From: Curvularia clavata
Lineage: Eukaryota
Assembly: GCA_023920165.1 (NCBI GenBank)
Contig: CP089276.1
Location: forward strand, 3,782,001-3,846,000
DNA: 64,000 nt
Direction: 5' to 3'
In this document: piece after piece, positions 24,519 to 35,292 of the stretch
How positions within the stretch are numbered: the first letter of the stretch is position 1
How the letters are laid out: each line of letters begins with the position of its first letter
Position numbers and translations under genes: made by a program
Notes under the pieces: model-generated
Database searches by the model: none
Told to the model about the DNA's origin: nothing
Seen by the model: only the letters and a program-made list of their open reading frames with translations

Positions 24519-26018
24519 TCATCGTGTTGACTGACTACGGTGGTGACCCGGCCTAGTCTGCTGTGCAATTGTCTTCTTGTAGAGCCAGTTGGTAAACTTG
24601 ACGCTTGGCTCATCAACCAGCTTTGTCACAATCTCGGCAAAGTACAATGTGAAGGACAGTATGACAGGTTGCAGGAGCCAAAATCCCAGTTCCAGCCCCA
24701 GTGGGCCTTTGATAGGCAGTGGGAATTTGTTGACCCACTGTGGTATACCGTCTGGGTGGGTCGGTCTCGTAAAGCCTACCAAGGCGTACAGTCGGTCTCC
24801 GAGGGTCCAGATAACGATTCCGTGGACGAGATAGAGCGCAAAAGACACGCGGCCGAGATACTGGCAGAAGCGCGTCTCAAAGAAACACTTGAGCCATGGC
24901 AAGCGGGGCACTGATGCGACGATGAAGAATGCTGCCCAGAAAAGATAGAACCATTTCGCGTCAAAGACGGCCTGTGGCTTGAGATAGGATAGCCAGACCC
25001 ATCCTGGCGATTTGGCGAGAAGAGCAACCCGGTCCACGTCGGGCGCGTCGAATGATGGCGTGCCTCCAAGATAAAGAGCAATCACGAACAAGTGAAAGAA
25101 GATGAACTCTTTGAAGTCGCTCAACACTGAGAACACATGTGGAAGTTGGTCTTCTTGTGCGAGCATGTCCAGGTCGCAGAGCAGCATTCCAGACATGAAC
25201 ATTGCGCCGTAGTAGCCGTCCACGATGTAAAGAAAATAGAATGCTAGAGCCGCCTCGCACCAGAGACGAGCATTCTTCGTGCACCGAGTGAGGGCGGAGA
25301 GCGCAGTGTAGATGATGATGGATCCCTTAAACTCCACGGGAATAGACCAGACGTGTGCGTGAAACTGGATCGGAAAGGTGTAGATGTCAGTCGAGAAAAC
25401 GAAGCTGTAGTTCTTGAACATCTGGTACCAGGTGACGATCTCCTTTCGGTATGTTTCTTCCAAAGGACGCAGGTCAACCCATACGCCGCTCCAGTAACGG
25501 AATGTCATGAACACAAAGGTAACCACAATGACAGGGAGGTACAATCGCATCCAACGGCGGAAGAGGGCGGAACCAATGCTGTCTGCAGCACTCACAGCAT
25601 GGCTATCGTGGATCATGCGCAGGCTCTTGAGAGAGAGCACATAACCAGAGATAACGAAGAAGATGGCCACAGCAAAGTGGCCACCAGAGAAGAAGTTGCG
25701 TACAAATGGTAATGCTGCAAAGAAGTGTCGACCTTCATAGCCCCAGGAATTCTCAAACACCTTGTTACCTCGTTCTCCATGAGCCCAGAGTTGGTTGTGG
25801 TGAAAGTATACCAGGAGTGCAGCGAAGCCTCTCAGACCATCCAGCCACGCCGTTGGCCTGATCGGCTTGCTTTTTGAGGCTGATCGAAAGGACAGGAATT
25901 CCGGGCGCACGATGTCGAGGCTCCATCTGACCGTACGAACTGGTTTCCAGATGGAAGGCGAGAGTTTGATTTCGTCAACACCTTCGTGGCCCAACAGCCC
26001 GTTATATTTGGCCGCCAT
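24519..26018 (-). CDS. Acyltransferase family 3 (polytopic membrane O-acyltransferase), 499 aa
   Basis: Motifs TAWLDGLRGFAALLVYFHH, AVAIFFVISGYVLS, RRWMRLYLP, HVWSIPVEF, YLGRVSFALYLVH. Many TM segments. Confidence 0.88.
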   Translation of the reverse strand: MAAKYNGLLGHEGVDEIKLSPSIWKPVRTVRWSLDIVRPEFLSFRSASKSKPIRPTAWLDGLRGFAALLVYFHHNQLWAHGERGNKVFENSWGYEGRHFFAALPFVRNFFSGGHFAVAIFFVISGYVLSLKSLRMIHDSHAVSAADSIGSALFRRWMRLYLPVIVVTFVFMTFRYWSGVWVDLRPLEETYRKEIVTWYQMFKNYSFVFSTDIYTFPIQFHAHVWSIPVEFKGSIIIYTALSALTRCTKNARLWCEAALAFYFLYIVDGYYGAMFMSGMLLCDLDMLAQEDQLPHVFSVLSDFKEFIFFHLFVIALYLGGTPSFDAPDVDRVALLAKSPGWVWLSYLKPQAVFDAKWFYLFWAAFFIVASVPRLPWLKCFFETRFCQYLGRVSFALYLVHGIVIWTLGDRLYALVGFTRPTHPDGIPQWVNKFPLPIKGPLGLELGFWLLQPVILSFTLYFAEIVTKLVDEPSVKFTNWLYKKTIAQQTRPGHHRSQSTR

Positions 26019-26636
26019 GGTCGTTGGTGAAACAAAATAAGTGACAATTGAGCAATTGAAATAGTAATATGAAGAGCGACTAATACCGGATACTTGAAGA
26101 GCTCATGGATGCTCAAAACAATGACGGAGGATGCTTGATGGCAGGATGTGCATAACTTGCACAAGCCATCGCCAATTTCACAACTGGACATACGTACGTT
26201 AGCAGCGCAACGTTGAATGTGACAATGCTAGAAAGGTAATATGATTGGACTATCTCATTTTACGAGATATGATGCGGGGACTGTCAAGGGGCAAATACCT
26301 AAAACGTCCAAGTTCCCGACGCACTTGCAGGGGCGAAATTTATAAGCTTCAGTCTACCCGGCTTGGAACTGGGGTTGTACAGCATATTTTCAAGGGTGTA
26401 CTCCTAGCCTCGCATGTACATGCGGGGTTGAGAACCTCTTCATGAGGCTGCCCCTGCATGTGAATGGAGACGGCCGTACCGAGGATGAATCTTGGAATGG
26501 CATTGGTGGATGCGGCTGCATGGTCATGCTCCAGGGAGAAAGCCCGTATTCTAGGCTGGCTATGGAGACGATCACTCAAAGGTGTTGGAAGGGCTGGGTA
26601 AAATTGGCACTCTCGTAATGTTGTAATAACTCCAGC

Positions 26637-27944
26637 ATGCGCTCACGATCAAGGCCACCTCCGCCCAAGCTCCATCTGAAGATCGATATGCATCCACGCT
26701 CCCCAATAGTGTCGCAGTTCTCAGGCAAGCTCACCAGCCAAGTGCGGAGAGTCTTGCCTGCATACATTGCTCTGATCTTTCTCTTCTTGTTCTTCGCAAA
26801 TACTGAGTTATTCACAGCCCCTATCCGAGCTGCGAGCAAATACAAGCGCGAGCTCAAGTACCAGCAGCCACTTCAGCCAGTGGGTTCAGTGATTCCAAGG
26901 AAGATATGGCAGACATGGAAGGTCGGTCCTCTGGGCTTTGAGCAGCGCGACTCAGACTCAGCCAAAACCTGGTCCCAAAAGAACCCTTCATACCGGTACG
27001 AGGTGTTGACGGATGACAACGCAAATGAGTACCTCGAGTGGCACTACGGGTCACACGGTCTTGACAGAAAAGATCTCGTCGACCTCTACAAGGAGCTGAA
27101 CATCACGATCATCAAAGCCGATTTGCTGCGGTACCTCGTGATGTATGCAGAAGGTGGTGTGTATGCCGACATTGACGTGGAATGCCTACGGCCCATCGAA
27201 AGGTTCATACCTGAACGTTACAACGAGCCGGATGTCGACATGATCATCGGAGTAGAAATCGACGAGCCTGCCTTCGCTGACCACGAAATTCTTGGATCCA
27301 AGTGCAAGTCCTTTTGCCAGTGGACATTTGCCGCCAAGCCCAGGCTTCCAGTCATGATGAGGCTCATCGAGAATATCCAAGACTGGCTACACGAGCTGGC
27401 CAAAGCGAAATCAGTACCCATTTCACAACTTCAGTTGGATTTCGACGAGGTCATCAGCGGAACAGGGCCATCGGCATTCACCAGGGCTGTCCTAGAACAG
27501 ATGACAGCACAGAACCATGGAAATCCCGTCACCTGGGATCTCTTCCATAACCTGGCAGAATCGAGACTCGTTAACGGCATTCTCGTGCTCAATGTTGAAG
27601 CCTTTGCCGCTGGTCAAGGACACTCCGACTCTGGTAACCACGGCTCTAGAGGCGCACTGGTCAAGCACCATTACCACGCCTCGGGCTGGCCCACGCTCCA
27701 TCCTCGGCGAAACCACCCCATGTATGGCGAAGTAGAGCATTGCAACTGGAAGCCGGATTGCGTAGCGGAATGGGTGAGTGATTTGCGGACCTTAAACTTT
27801 TGGCAATGTATGCTAACATGCACAAAGGACAAGAACGTAGCTGAATGGGATACTCTATCCAAAGAAGAACAGGACAAGCGCCTTGCCAGCAGGCCGGCCC
27901 CTCCTCCTGGAGCTCCTGGAGCGCCACGGCCTTTTGGAAGCTGA
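26637..27944 (+). CDS. Glycosyltransferase family 32, Och1/Hoc1-like alpha-mannosyltransferase; probable 54-nt intron at 27774-27827
   Basis: N-terminal TM (AYIALIFLFLFFA). Motifs IPRKIWQTWK, KADLLRYLVMYAEGGVYADIDV (DxD), FCQWTF, GTGPSAFT, VKHHYHASGW. Intron GTGAGT...GCTAAC...AAG. Confidence 0.88.
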   Translation: MRSRSRPPPPKLHLKIDMHPRSPIVSQFSGKLTSQVRRVLPAYIALIFLFLFFANTELFTAPIRAASKYKRELKYQQPLQPVGSVIPRKIWQTWKVGPLGFEQRDSDSAKTWSQKNPSYRYEVLTDDNANEYLEWHYGSHGLDRKDLVDLYKELNITIIKADLLRYLVMYAEGGVYADIDVECLRPIERFIPERYNEPDVDMIIGVEIDEPAFADHEILGSKCKSFCQWTFAAKPRLPVMMRLIENIQDWLHELAKAKSVPISQLQLDFDEVISGTGPSAFTRAVLEQMTAQNHGNPVTWDLFHNLAESRLVNGILVLNVEAFAAGQGHSDSGNHGSRGALVKHHYHASGWPTLHPRRNHPMYGEVEHCNWKPDCVAEWVSDLRTLNFWQCMLTCTKDKNVAEWDTLSKEEQDKRLASRPAPPPGAPGAPRPFGS

Positions 27945-28459
27945 AGCCGAAGCCAGTAACTGAATGGATGATGCAGCTTGTGCCTTTCGTCCTAACCCTA
28001 GGGACCTGAGGTGGCGAGAAGGTAGCCTTATCGTTATTTCACTGCGGTGGTTCGCCATATCAGCGATAGTGCACCTTCAAGAGGTGGAGCTTCCAGTGGA
28101 AAGCGCATAGCTTCGCGGTGAGCTACGCAATCTTCCCTGTAGACATGTGATAGATCCTACTTTGGAGGTAATGTCATGTAGATGTAGACAGCGCATCGCA
28201 TGAAAGGGCTTGAATTAGGCTACGAAGTAATGAATTAATCTCGTTCGATACCATTAACGTTGCGAGTCCTGAACGCGCTCTCGGTGAACGGATTCAAGAT
28301 TTGGCTAACATGCGGCACTCGTGACTGCCACGTCAACGTATGCTGATGGTCTGAATCGCATTACCGGCTATGGTAACTCAATTAGCAAGCCTGATATCTT
28401 GGAGTTGCAGCTATGAGGTAGCAGTTGTTGGCAATGAATGTCTAGTCACGTGTAGATTT

Positions 28460-28830
28460 GTCGCGCCCGATACACTACGTCGCGCCTGAAATCACGCCCG
28501 AAAGCCCAGGCCGAATCCAGCAGCGCTAAGTCGCGTTCGAAAGTCGCGTTTGATAGTCTAAGCCAAATTAGATGGCGCTAGGTCACGGTCGAAGGATCAC
28601 GCCCGTTAAGCTAAGCTAGATTTAGGAGTACTAAGTTACGTCCGAAGTCGCGCCTGAAAGTCACGACCGACAACACTAAGTCGCGCCCGAAAATACTGAG
28701 TCACGACCGAACATACTGAATCACGACCGAACACACTGAGTCACGACCGAACATACTGAGTCACGACCGACAACACTAAGGCACGACCGATAACGCCATG
28801 TCACGCCTGAAATCGCTGAGTCGCGTCCTA
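28460..28830. repeat. Minisatellite: 20-bp unit (TCACGACCGAACAYACTGAG-like), ~8.5 regular copies at 28661-28830, with irregularly spaced degenerate cores upstream
   Basis: tcacgaccga/tcgcgcccga/gcacgaccga/tcacgcctga recur exactly every 20 nt from 28661. Similar cores (gtcgcgcccga, gtcgcgcctga, tcacgcccga, gtcacggtcga) occur from 28460. Confidence 0.92.
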
Positions 28831-30309
28831 CAACGGGCTTGATAACGCTCATTCATACCCGGCACTCAGCACCAAGTCATCTCGTAATTGAAACCCCTGT
28901 CGGATAACTGACGGCGACGCTCGGCACGTCCAAGTCATATCGAACAACTCTTACAGAGGGGCCTGACAACCTAGAACCCCTTGGTTAGACGGAATAGCGT
29001 CCGCAGGACCAGTATGTGTTGGATCAAAATGATGACACCTGGAACCACTCCTTCTTTCTTGTACGTGAAACGTTAGCCAAAAACGCAAATTTCCAAAATT
29101 TTGGTCTTTTGGCAAGGCAGAGAAGCAAATAATTCGGGTTTGAATTTCACCCAAGTATCGTACTGATTGTACTGCCCTTGAACAAACAGACAGACAAATA
29201 ACTGTCGCAGACTGGATTGCGGGCACAAGACATTGCTCAGTCGCACGTTCTACCTATGTACAAGATGGGCAAAGTCTGGACTGTGAATAGGAAGGGAAGT
29301 GGAGCGCAGATGATTAATCTGCCCTACGTCATTTTGGAACGATCAAGAACAACATGATCAGAATCGGTCATGCAGAAAGCCATGATTAATAAACTGGACA
29401 AGAAATCTGGATGATCGTTGGTTTATCTGGTTTCATCAAAAACATTTCAACGCCAAATTGATATGATAGGGAATAGAAAGTAATCTCAACTAGCATGAAG
29501 TGAAATTAATTAATGTGTATAGCTTTCCGAACATGTTAGTTGTAAGATAGTATTGGAAATATCGGTGTTCACAAATCTATGATTCCCGAACATGAAGCAT
29601 CCCAAGTGCTTGCATATTCTATGGGCTTTGTTCGTCCTAGAGTATGCGCCTGTGATTATTATTTGTGGGGCTAGGAATCTATCTCCATTGTGTGTTACTT
29701 TGAGGATTGTCCCGTACTCTAACAGACTTCAACGACGACACATTGATACTGGAATCCGCTCAAGGGCTACAAACTTCCCGGGTAGGTAGGTGACCCTTAC
29801 ACTCTCAGTTACGGAGCACTAAGTTGTGAGTTCAGGCAAACTAGTTTTTTGTGAGGTCACAGGCCCAAAAGCATGACTTAGCTGCCACCCACGCCACTTT
29901 GGCCTACTGCCTCACGTCTTTGCTCTTTGCTCTTTTCTCTTTGCTTCTTGCTGCCAGGCTGCAGGCTGCAGGCTTGACAAGCTGCCTTGAATAGCAACTC
30001 GGTTGCTGCTCATGCCCTTTGCCGCGCTAGCCTGGCTTAGGACAAGCTGTTTTCTCTTTGCTGTTGCTTTGTTATTCTGCTTTGCTTTCTGTTTGCCAGC
30101 TGCAGGCTTAACAAAGCCGATTGAATAATAATTCGATTGCTGCTCAAGCTATTTACCTGCGCCAGCGTTGCCCGTCAAGCTGCTGGCATCAGCCAAGTCT
30201 GGCTGATATTTTTTTTGCTGTAGTTAGCTCTATTTCTATGGTATATTACCTAGAGATGACCTGTAGTTCGCTTAGTGTCTGCGATTTTAGTACCTCAAAT
30301 AGATGGTTG

Positions 30310-30408
30310 CTTCTTCTTCTTCTTCTTCTTCTTCTTCTTCTTCTTCTTCTTCTTCTTCTTCTTCTTCTTCTTCTTCTTCTTCTTCTTCTGCTGCTGCTGC
30401 TGCTGCTG
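30310..30408. repeat. Compound microsatellite (CTT)26(CTG)7
   Basis: Direct count from the sequence. Confidence 0.95.
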
Positions 30409-31967
30409 CTCGTCCACTTGCACTGCGTGAAGTCGGCCTCACAATTTTACTGGGGACACGCTACGCTTAGAATGAGATCAAGTGTTTCTTCAGCCCCCGC
30501 TTCTATGCTTCACGGAGATACGAATCTCTCGACTACAACAACTTGATCACTACCTAAAGATCTCTCGAACTCTCCTCAAGTCCGAACAACACTTTAATGG
30601 CATTATTCCTAAATGTTCCTCCGCTCGAAGTGAACTAGTAACGGAAACTTCTCGTGAAGTTTCTTTTAGCAGTTCACGTTCCATTGTTCCTTGTCATAGG
30701 CATCTCACATTGAAGATTTAGACAACTACGGCACCTTAAATGTTTCCGAGCCATCAACAGAAGTACTAAGCCAATTCTTCCACAGCATTACACATTTAAG
30801 CACAGTTAAACACAGCTCCGCTATGAAATATTCACGGTACCCTTAAGCCAAGTACATTACGGTCATTATATCGGTCGCCAAAATATGAGCAATCATCTCA
30901 CACCATGATACGATATGATATACGCAACTTTACACGCAAAGAAGTGTGTCCCATCCCCTAGGACGCAAACGTCCCCAACGTCGCCATCCTACAAATCATG
31001 TACTGCCATCGTATCCAGCCCTCAAGAGCCGCACCGTCTGCCCAGGAAACCCAAAGAAAATCTACCTTACCTAGTGCCCCTCACAAATAAGCAGCATGCA
31101 TCCCATTTTTCGAATTCCTCTCTTTCAAGATCACTCAATGCTAGCAAGTTCAACAATATTAGTTCTCCAACCGTCCTTGTTTTACACGCAGTGAAGCGTA
31201 AATCCTAGAGCTTTGCCTCAGTGCCCCAGCTACGAACAACCCCCTCACCACCATTGACATGAAGCATGACCACTGGAATATGCCAGCTACGCTAGTGCAA
31301 ATGGTGTAGAAGATCCCCATAAAGCATTGTATAGGTGATTACCGTAGTTTTCCGGGATGAGCTGGCATGGGCTCGTAAATTCTTGGTTCCAGTGGGAATG
31401 AATGGCCTGGGAGACGGGATGTAAGATTCCGTGCAGGGGTTTGACGCCCCAGGAATGGTGTGTATGTCGGGAACATTGATTCTTACGTTGTAGGTGGATT
31501 TTTGGAGTGGAATAAGGACATTGAGGCGTAATGTACTTGTATCACGGAGCCCTGGCTTTGCTCTTAGAAAAAAGTGCATCAGACGATGGGCTTTAGATGT
31601 TATAATAAAAGCCTTGGAAACCGGACTTCGAGGTTTTCACTTACACTCAAGCATTAACAATAGAGAAAGGGGGGTACAAATAGTGAAAAGCAAACTAGCA
31701 GCTTTAAGGATACTGTCAAATAGCAAAACACCCACAGGCGGAATTAAACATCATCATTGAGACATCTAAGCTAACACAACTAGAACCTTACAGCACTTAT
31801 CAGTTTCTCATACAAGTCCCTGAAGACACGGCACAATATCTGCACATTGACGGCACTGGATCAGAAACCACTAACCCAGTTGCCACACCTTCAACTACAG
31901 CGTCCGAGTATACCACACGACCCAAAAAAAGCACATCTCCTCATCTCTTCACCAGTGACATGTTTCC

Positions 31968-33242
31968 TTACCACAAACCCTTCTTCTCTACTCTCAACGG
32001 CCTTACTTCATGCGCCCCCGACGCAAGCAAATCCTCCAAACTCCTGCGCCTCGTACTCCCGTAATCACTCTCTGAATACTCCGACATCCTCCTTCCGCCT
32101 TCAACACTCGGTATATCACCAGAAAACTGTTGTTGGACATTATAACTCGTACATCTAGAAATGCTCAAGTCGCGCTGATCTGGTTCGTATCCTACAGACT
32201 CATAACGCGCATATGGAAAACCGATGGTACCAGACGTTGTACCTTCTCCCTCACCTCCATCACGTGTCTCCTCGCTACCATATGCAGACACCTCATTGTC
32301 GCGCCTACCGTTCGAATCCATTTGCCCTGAAACCGAATGCGGAACAGAAGCACCATTCATGAGCGCCGACATATGTTGCGAGACGCCGTCGGGGTTTGTG
32401 GCGTCTTGCAGCTGGCCATTTGCCACTTGTATCTTCTTTGCTTTTTTCTTAGTGCTCCAGTAGAGTTTCAGGAGGCTGATGAGGAGGGCGAGGAGGACAG
32501 CAGCAGAGATGGTGCTGCCAGCGATGATGGCAGTGCTGGAGGCGTGTTTGGAGGAGGATACGGGTGGACTTGTAGTTGATGATGTTGTTGCTGTAGAGGT
32601 GGACGAGATGGTCAGCCCTGATACCGAGCTTGATTCACCTGACTTACTCGAAATAGCACTGGTGAGTGCATTGTCGTGGCTTGTAGTTGAAGTAGGGGGT
32701 ATCGATGAAATCGATGCAAGCGGTGTTACAAATGGTGCCCATTCATTGGGAATGTCTGCCAGAGAATTCCCTAGCTGCTTACAACCCTCTTGATATAGCT
32801 TCATAAATGCTTTCATTAATATTAGCTTTTTATTCTCTTTGACTGTAAATCCGCAGCTCACCTCTCTTCTTGCCGTCATCTACACATTCTTGGAACACAC
32901 AGTGAGCAGAGAAATATTCATTGTTGCCCAGGGACTGTGCCCTTGCACAAACACAGCGAAAGTAGCCTGTTTTTGTAGTGGTGCTTCCGCAGCTGAGTAT
33001 ATTAATTTTGATCTTATCGCGAGGCAGGCTCCTTTTTGCACTTGTCAGGCATTTCTCGGGAATCTAGTTTGTTCAGCAACCGAATTTGTTGGGTTGACAG
33101 CGGATATGCGACTTACGAGGCAGGGTTCTGCATCAGCAGCAGCAGATGACATGTTTATCTGAACTAGATTTGAGGAAGGAGAAGGGGTAGATAAAGGCGG
33201 AGGCGGATCGTATTGGCGAAGGATATGGGAGTCTCCGCTCAT
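31968..33242 (-). CDS. Single-pass membrane protein with a divergent CFEM-like 8-Cys domain, Ser/Thr-rich stalk and cytosolic tail (~389 aa, 3 exons)
   Basis: Exons 33242-33117, 33063-32862 and 32809-31968, joined by GTAAGT...TAG and GTGAGC...GCTAAT...AAG introns, give one open frame. Cys pattern C-C-C-CxC-C-C-C. TM AIIAGSTISAAVLLALLISLL followed by KKKAKK. Start codon uncertain. Confidence 0.68.
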
Positions 33243-33572
33243 GATTTGGATCTGTGTATGACTGAGAAATTCCAGAATTTCCGTCGAAATAGAGAGGCTT
33301 GTAGTTGCAAACACACTCTATCATGAGACAGCGGCATGAGGTATGCCAGATACTGGAATTGAAGAGCGAGTGTCGATCTCGTGGGCAGATATGGAAAGAC
33401 AGTTCACCGCCGACGATACTACTCGGTTAAGCCACACAATCAAGCAAAGACACCAGGTAAAGAAAAGAATTCAATATCATCAAAGGAGTGTCATTATCTA
33501 TTACGTAGTCGTCGTGCTATGGCATATGCTATCTCATAAAAATTATGTAGTCGTGAAGATTGGTGGGAAAGT

Positions 33573-34036
33573 TTATTGTGGGTAGTCTACTGGCTCCCAC
33601 GTGACAGTCTTGTTCAAGCTTCCATACTCAGGTAGCGAACAGACTTTTACAAGCAACTGTTCGTAGTCTGTAGAGCATGTCAGATCATGATTCGTTAAGT
33701 CAATGTCACGTGACCAACTTACTGGCAACTGCCCCCAGTGTGCAAGTTTTCTTGCCTGGTTCACCGTCTAGGCATGGCTGTACGGTTTTTACATAGCGAT
33801 CCACATCCTCTTGTGGCAAGTTGCAGAGACAGACCAGGTTGCCAGGTGCGCAGCCGTCAAAGTAGCCGTCAAGGAGGCATTCGTTCTGTTCCTCTTGATT
33901 AGCATGTACCTCGATGTCTGCGTGTTGTTCAGCATACCGCGCCACATGTAGGCAGTGGACTTGTGTAGTTTGTCGGTAATGACCAGGCGGCGGGAATAAG
34001 GGTTACGATGGCAAGGATGGAGCTGCTGATTCTCAT
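33573..34036 (-). CDS. Small secreted CFEM-like cysteine-rich protein (~118 aa, 3 exons)
   Basis: Exons 34036-33938, 33885-33723 and 33667-33573. Signal peptide MRISSSILAIVTLIPAAWS. Mature region LPTCGANECLLDGYFDGCAPGNLVCLC...QPC...KTC...KVC has 8 Cys. Confidence 0.78.
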
Positions 34037-34847
34037 TGTTGCTGTTGGTAGTTGTGTGTGAAGGTTGATGAAAGAAGTCGTGGAAGAAGTCTTTACTTGA
34101 GGTTGACAGCTCAAAAGTACAGCTGAACGTCAGGGCGCACTAGACCAGCCTCTAACCAGCCCCGAATTGAATTGGGCGCGCAGATCGCAGCTTCTTTATT
34201 GTCTTCAGTTACTAGCACGCAAGGGTAACGTTGCCTTGGTAGCCTGTGGAGCAACACTGCCGTGACTGATTCACGCCACCGCTGCTTTACCCCGGCGCCC
34301 AGGAAGCGGGGGGAAACAGCTCAAACACGCGGCGTCATTGACAGCGCCAAACTCCGAACAAGCGTTCCCTAGAAGTGGAAACGCGATCATCAGCTGATGG
34401 CAAATATGCATTCGGTGTGCTCATGCGGCTGCAGCTTTGGCTTCCGCTGTGGGGTCCACCGCCGCATCAAGACAAGGTCAACCATGTCGATCCAGGCATA
34501 GAGCGACAACTCCCGAGGCTGACATGCCGAACCTGGTTTTGCATAGACATTGACTTCATGCTGATAAAATCCATTGATCAATTCGTAGATTACAATACTA
34601 TCAGTGTTGCAACCCAAGAAAAATGGTTGCGAGAGGACAGGATTGCCGCCCAGATCCATGTCTCGGGTTGATTAAAATCGGAAAAAGAGAAGCCTCCCGT
34701 CTTCGCCCCCCTTCTTCCCGGCACCGCTACGTAAGTGGTATCACGTCTGTGATACGCAAAAACTTTTGGACCTGTCCAAATGTTGCGGGCCTGGATCTCG
34801 CATCTCACTCCATTCCGTCTCTAGTGCGGCTTACTGTGGCAGCAAGC

Positions 34848-35292
34848 TTAGAATAAGCAGTCCAAACAACAACAGCATGCCAGACCCGCGCACAGTCCAG
34901 CAAAGAGCCCGCCGCCTCCGCCACCTTGCCTCCTGTCATCCTGATAGTATCCGCCTGGTGGAGGAGGTCCCTGTTGGTACTGCATCTGCTGGCCACCGTA
35001 TTGTCCCTGTGGTGGACCGTACGGTCCAGGCTGGCCTTGTTGGTACGGGTTCGGGCTTGCACCGTAGTAATCTTGTTGGCCACCTTGGTTGTAGTACGGC
35101 TGCATACCACCGGGAGCAGGGCCAGCGTCATAGTGAATGGGTGCTGGAGACTGAGGGTATTGAGGGGGCGCGCCTTGGTCCTGCTGCCGTGTTAGTGTCA
35201 TGCGCTCATCGTGCAAAGGGTGGCGAGAGCAGTGCGCGCCGCCATTGTCGTTAGCTGACAAGCGCAAGGGGACGTACATATGGCTTCGACAT
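34848..35292 (-). CDS. CYSTM-domain (cysteine-rich C-terminal membrane anchor) protein, P/Q/G/Y-rich, 2 exons
   Basis: Exon 1 35292-35278 (MSKPY), intron GTACGT...ACTAAC...CAG. Exon 2 is PQYPQ/QQG-rich and ends GLFAGLCAGLACCCCLDCLF. Confidence 0.85.

Noticed and set aside
28661..28830. Repeat array resembling a CRISPR
   Set aside because: The units are 20 bp with near-identical 'spacers', the context is eukaryotic and there are no cas genes. It is a minisatellite.
30121..30546. 141-aa ORF with a long poly-Leu run
   Set aside because: It has a non-ATG start and is produced by the (CTT)n(CTG)n microsatellite.
30430..31760. Possible decayed gene on the minus strand (frame continues through isolated TAG stops near 31200-31300)
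   Set aside because: No recognisable family and no coherent model can be built without a homology search.
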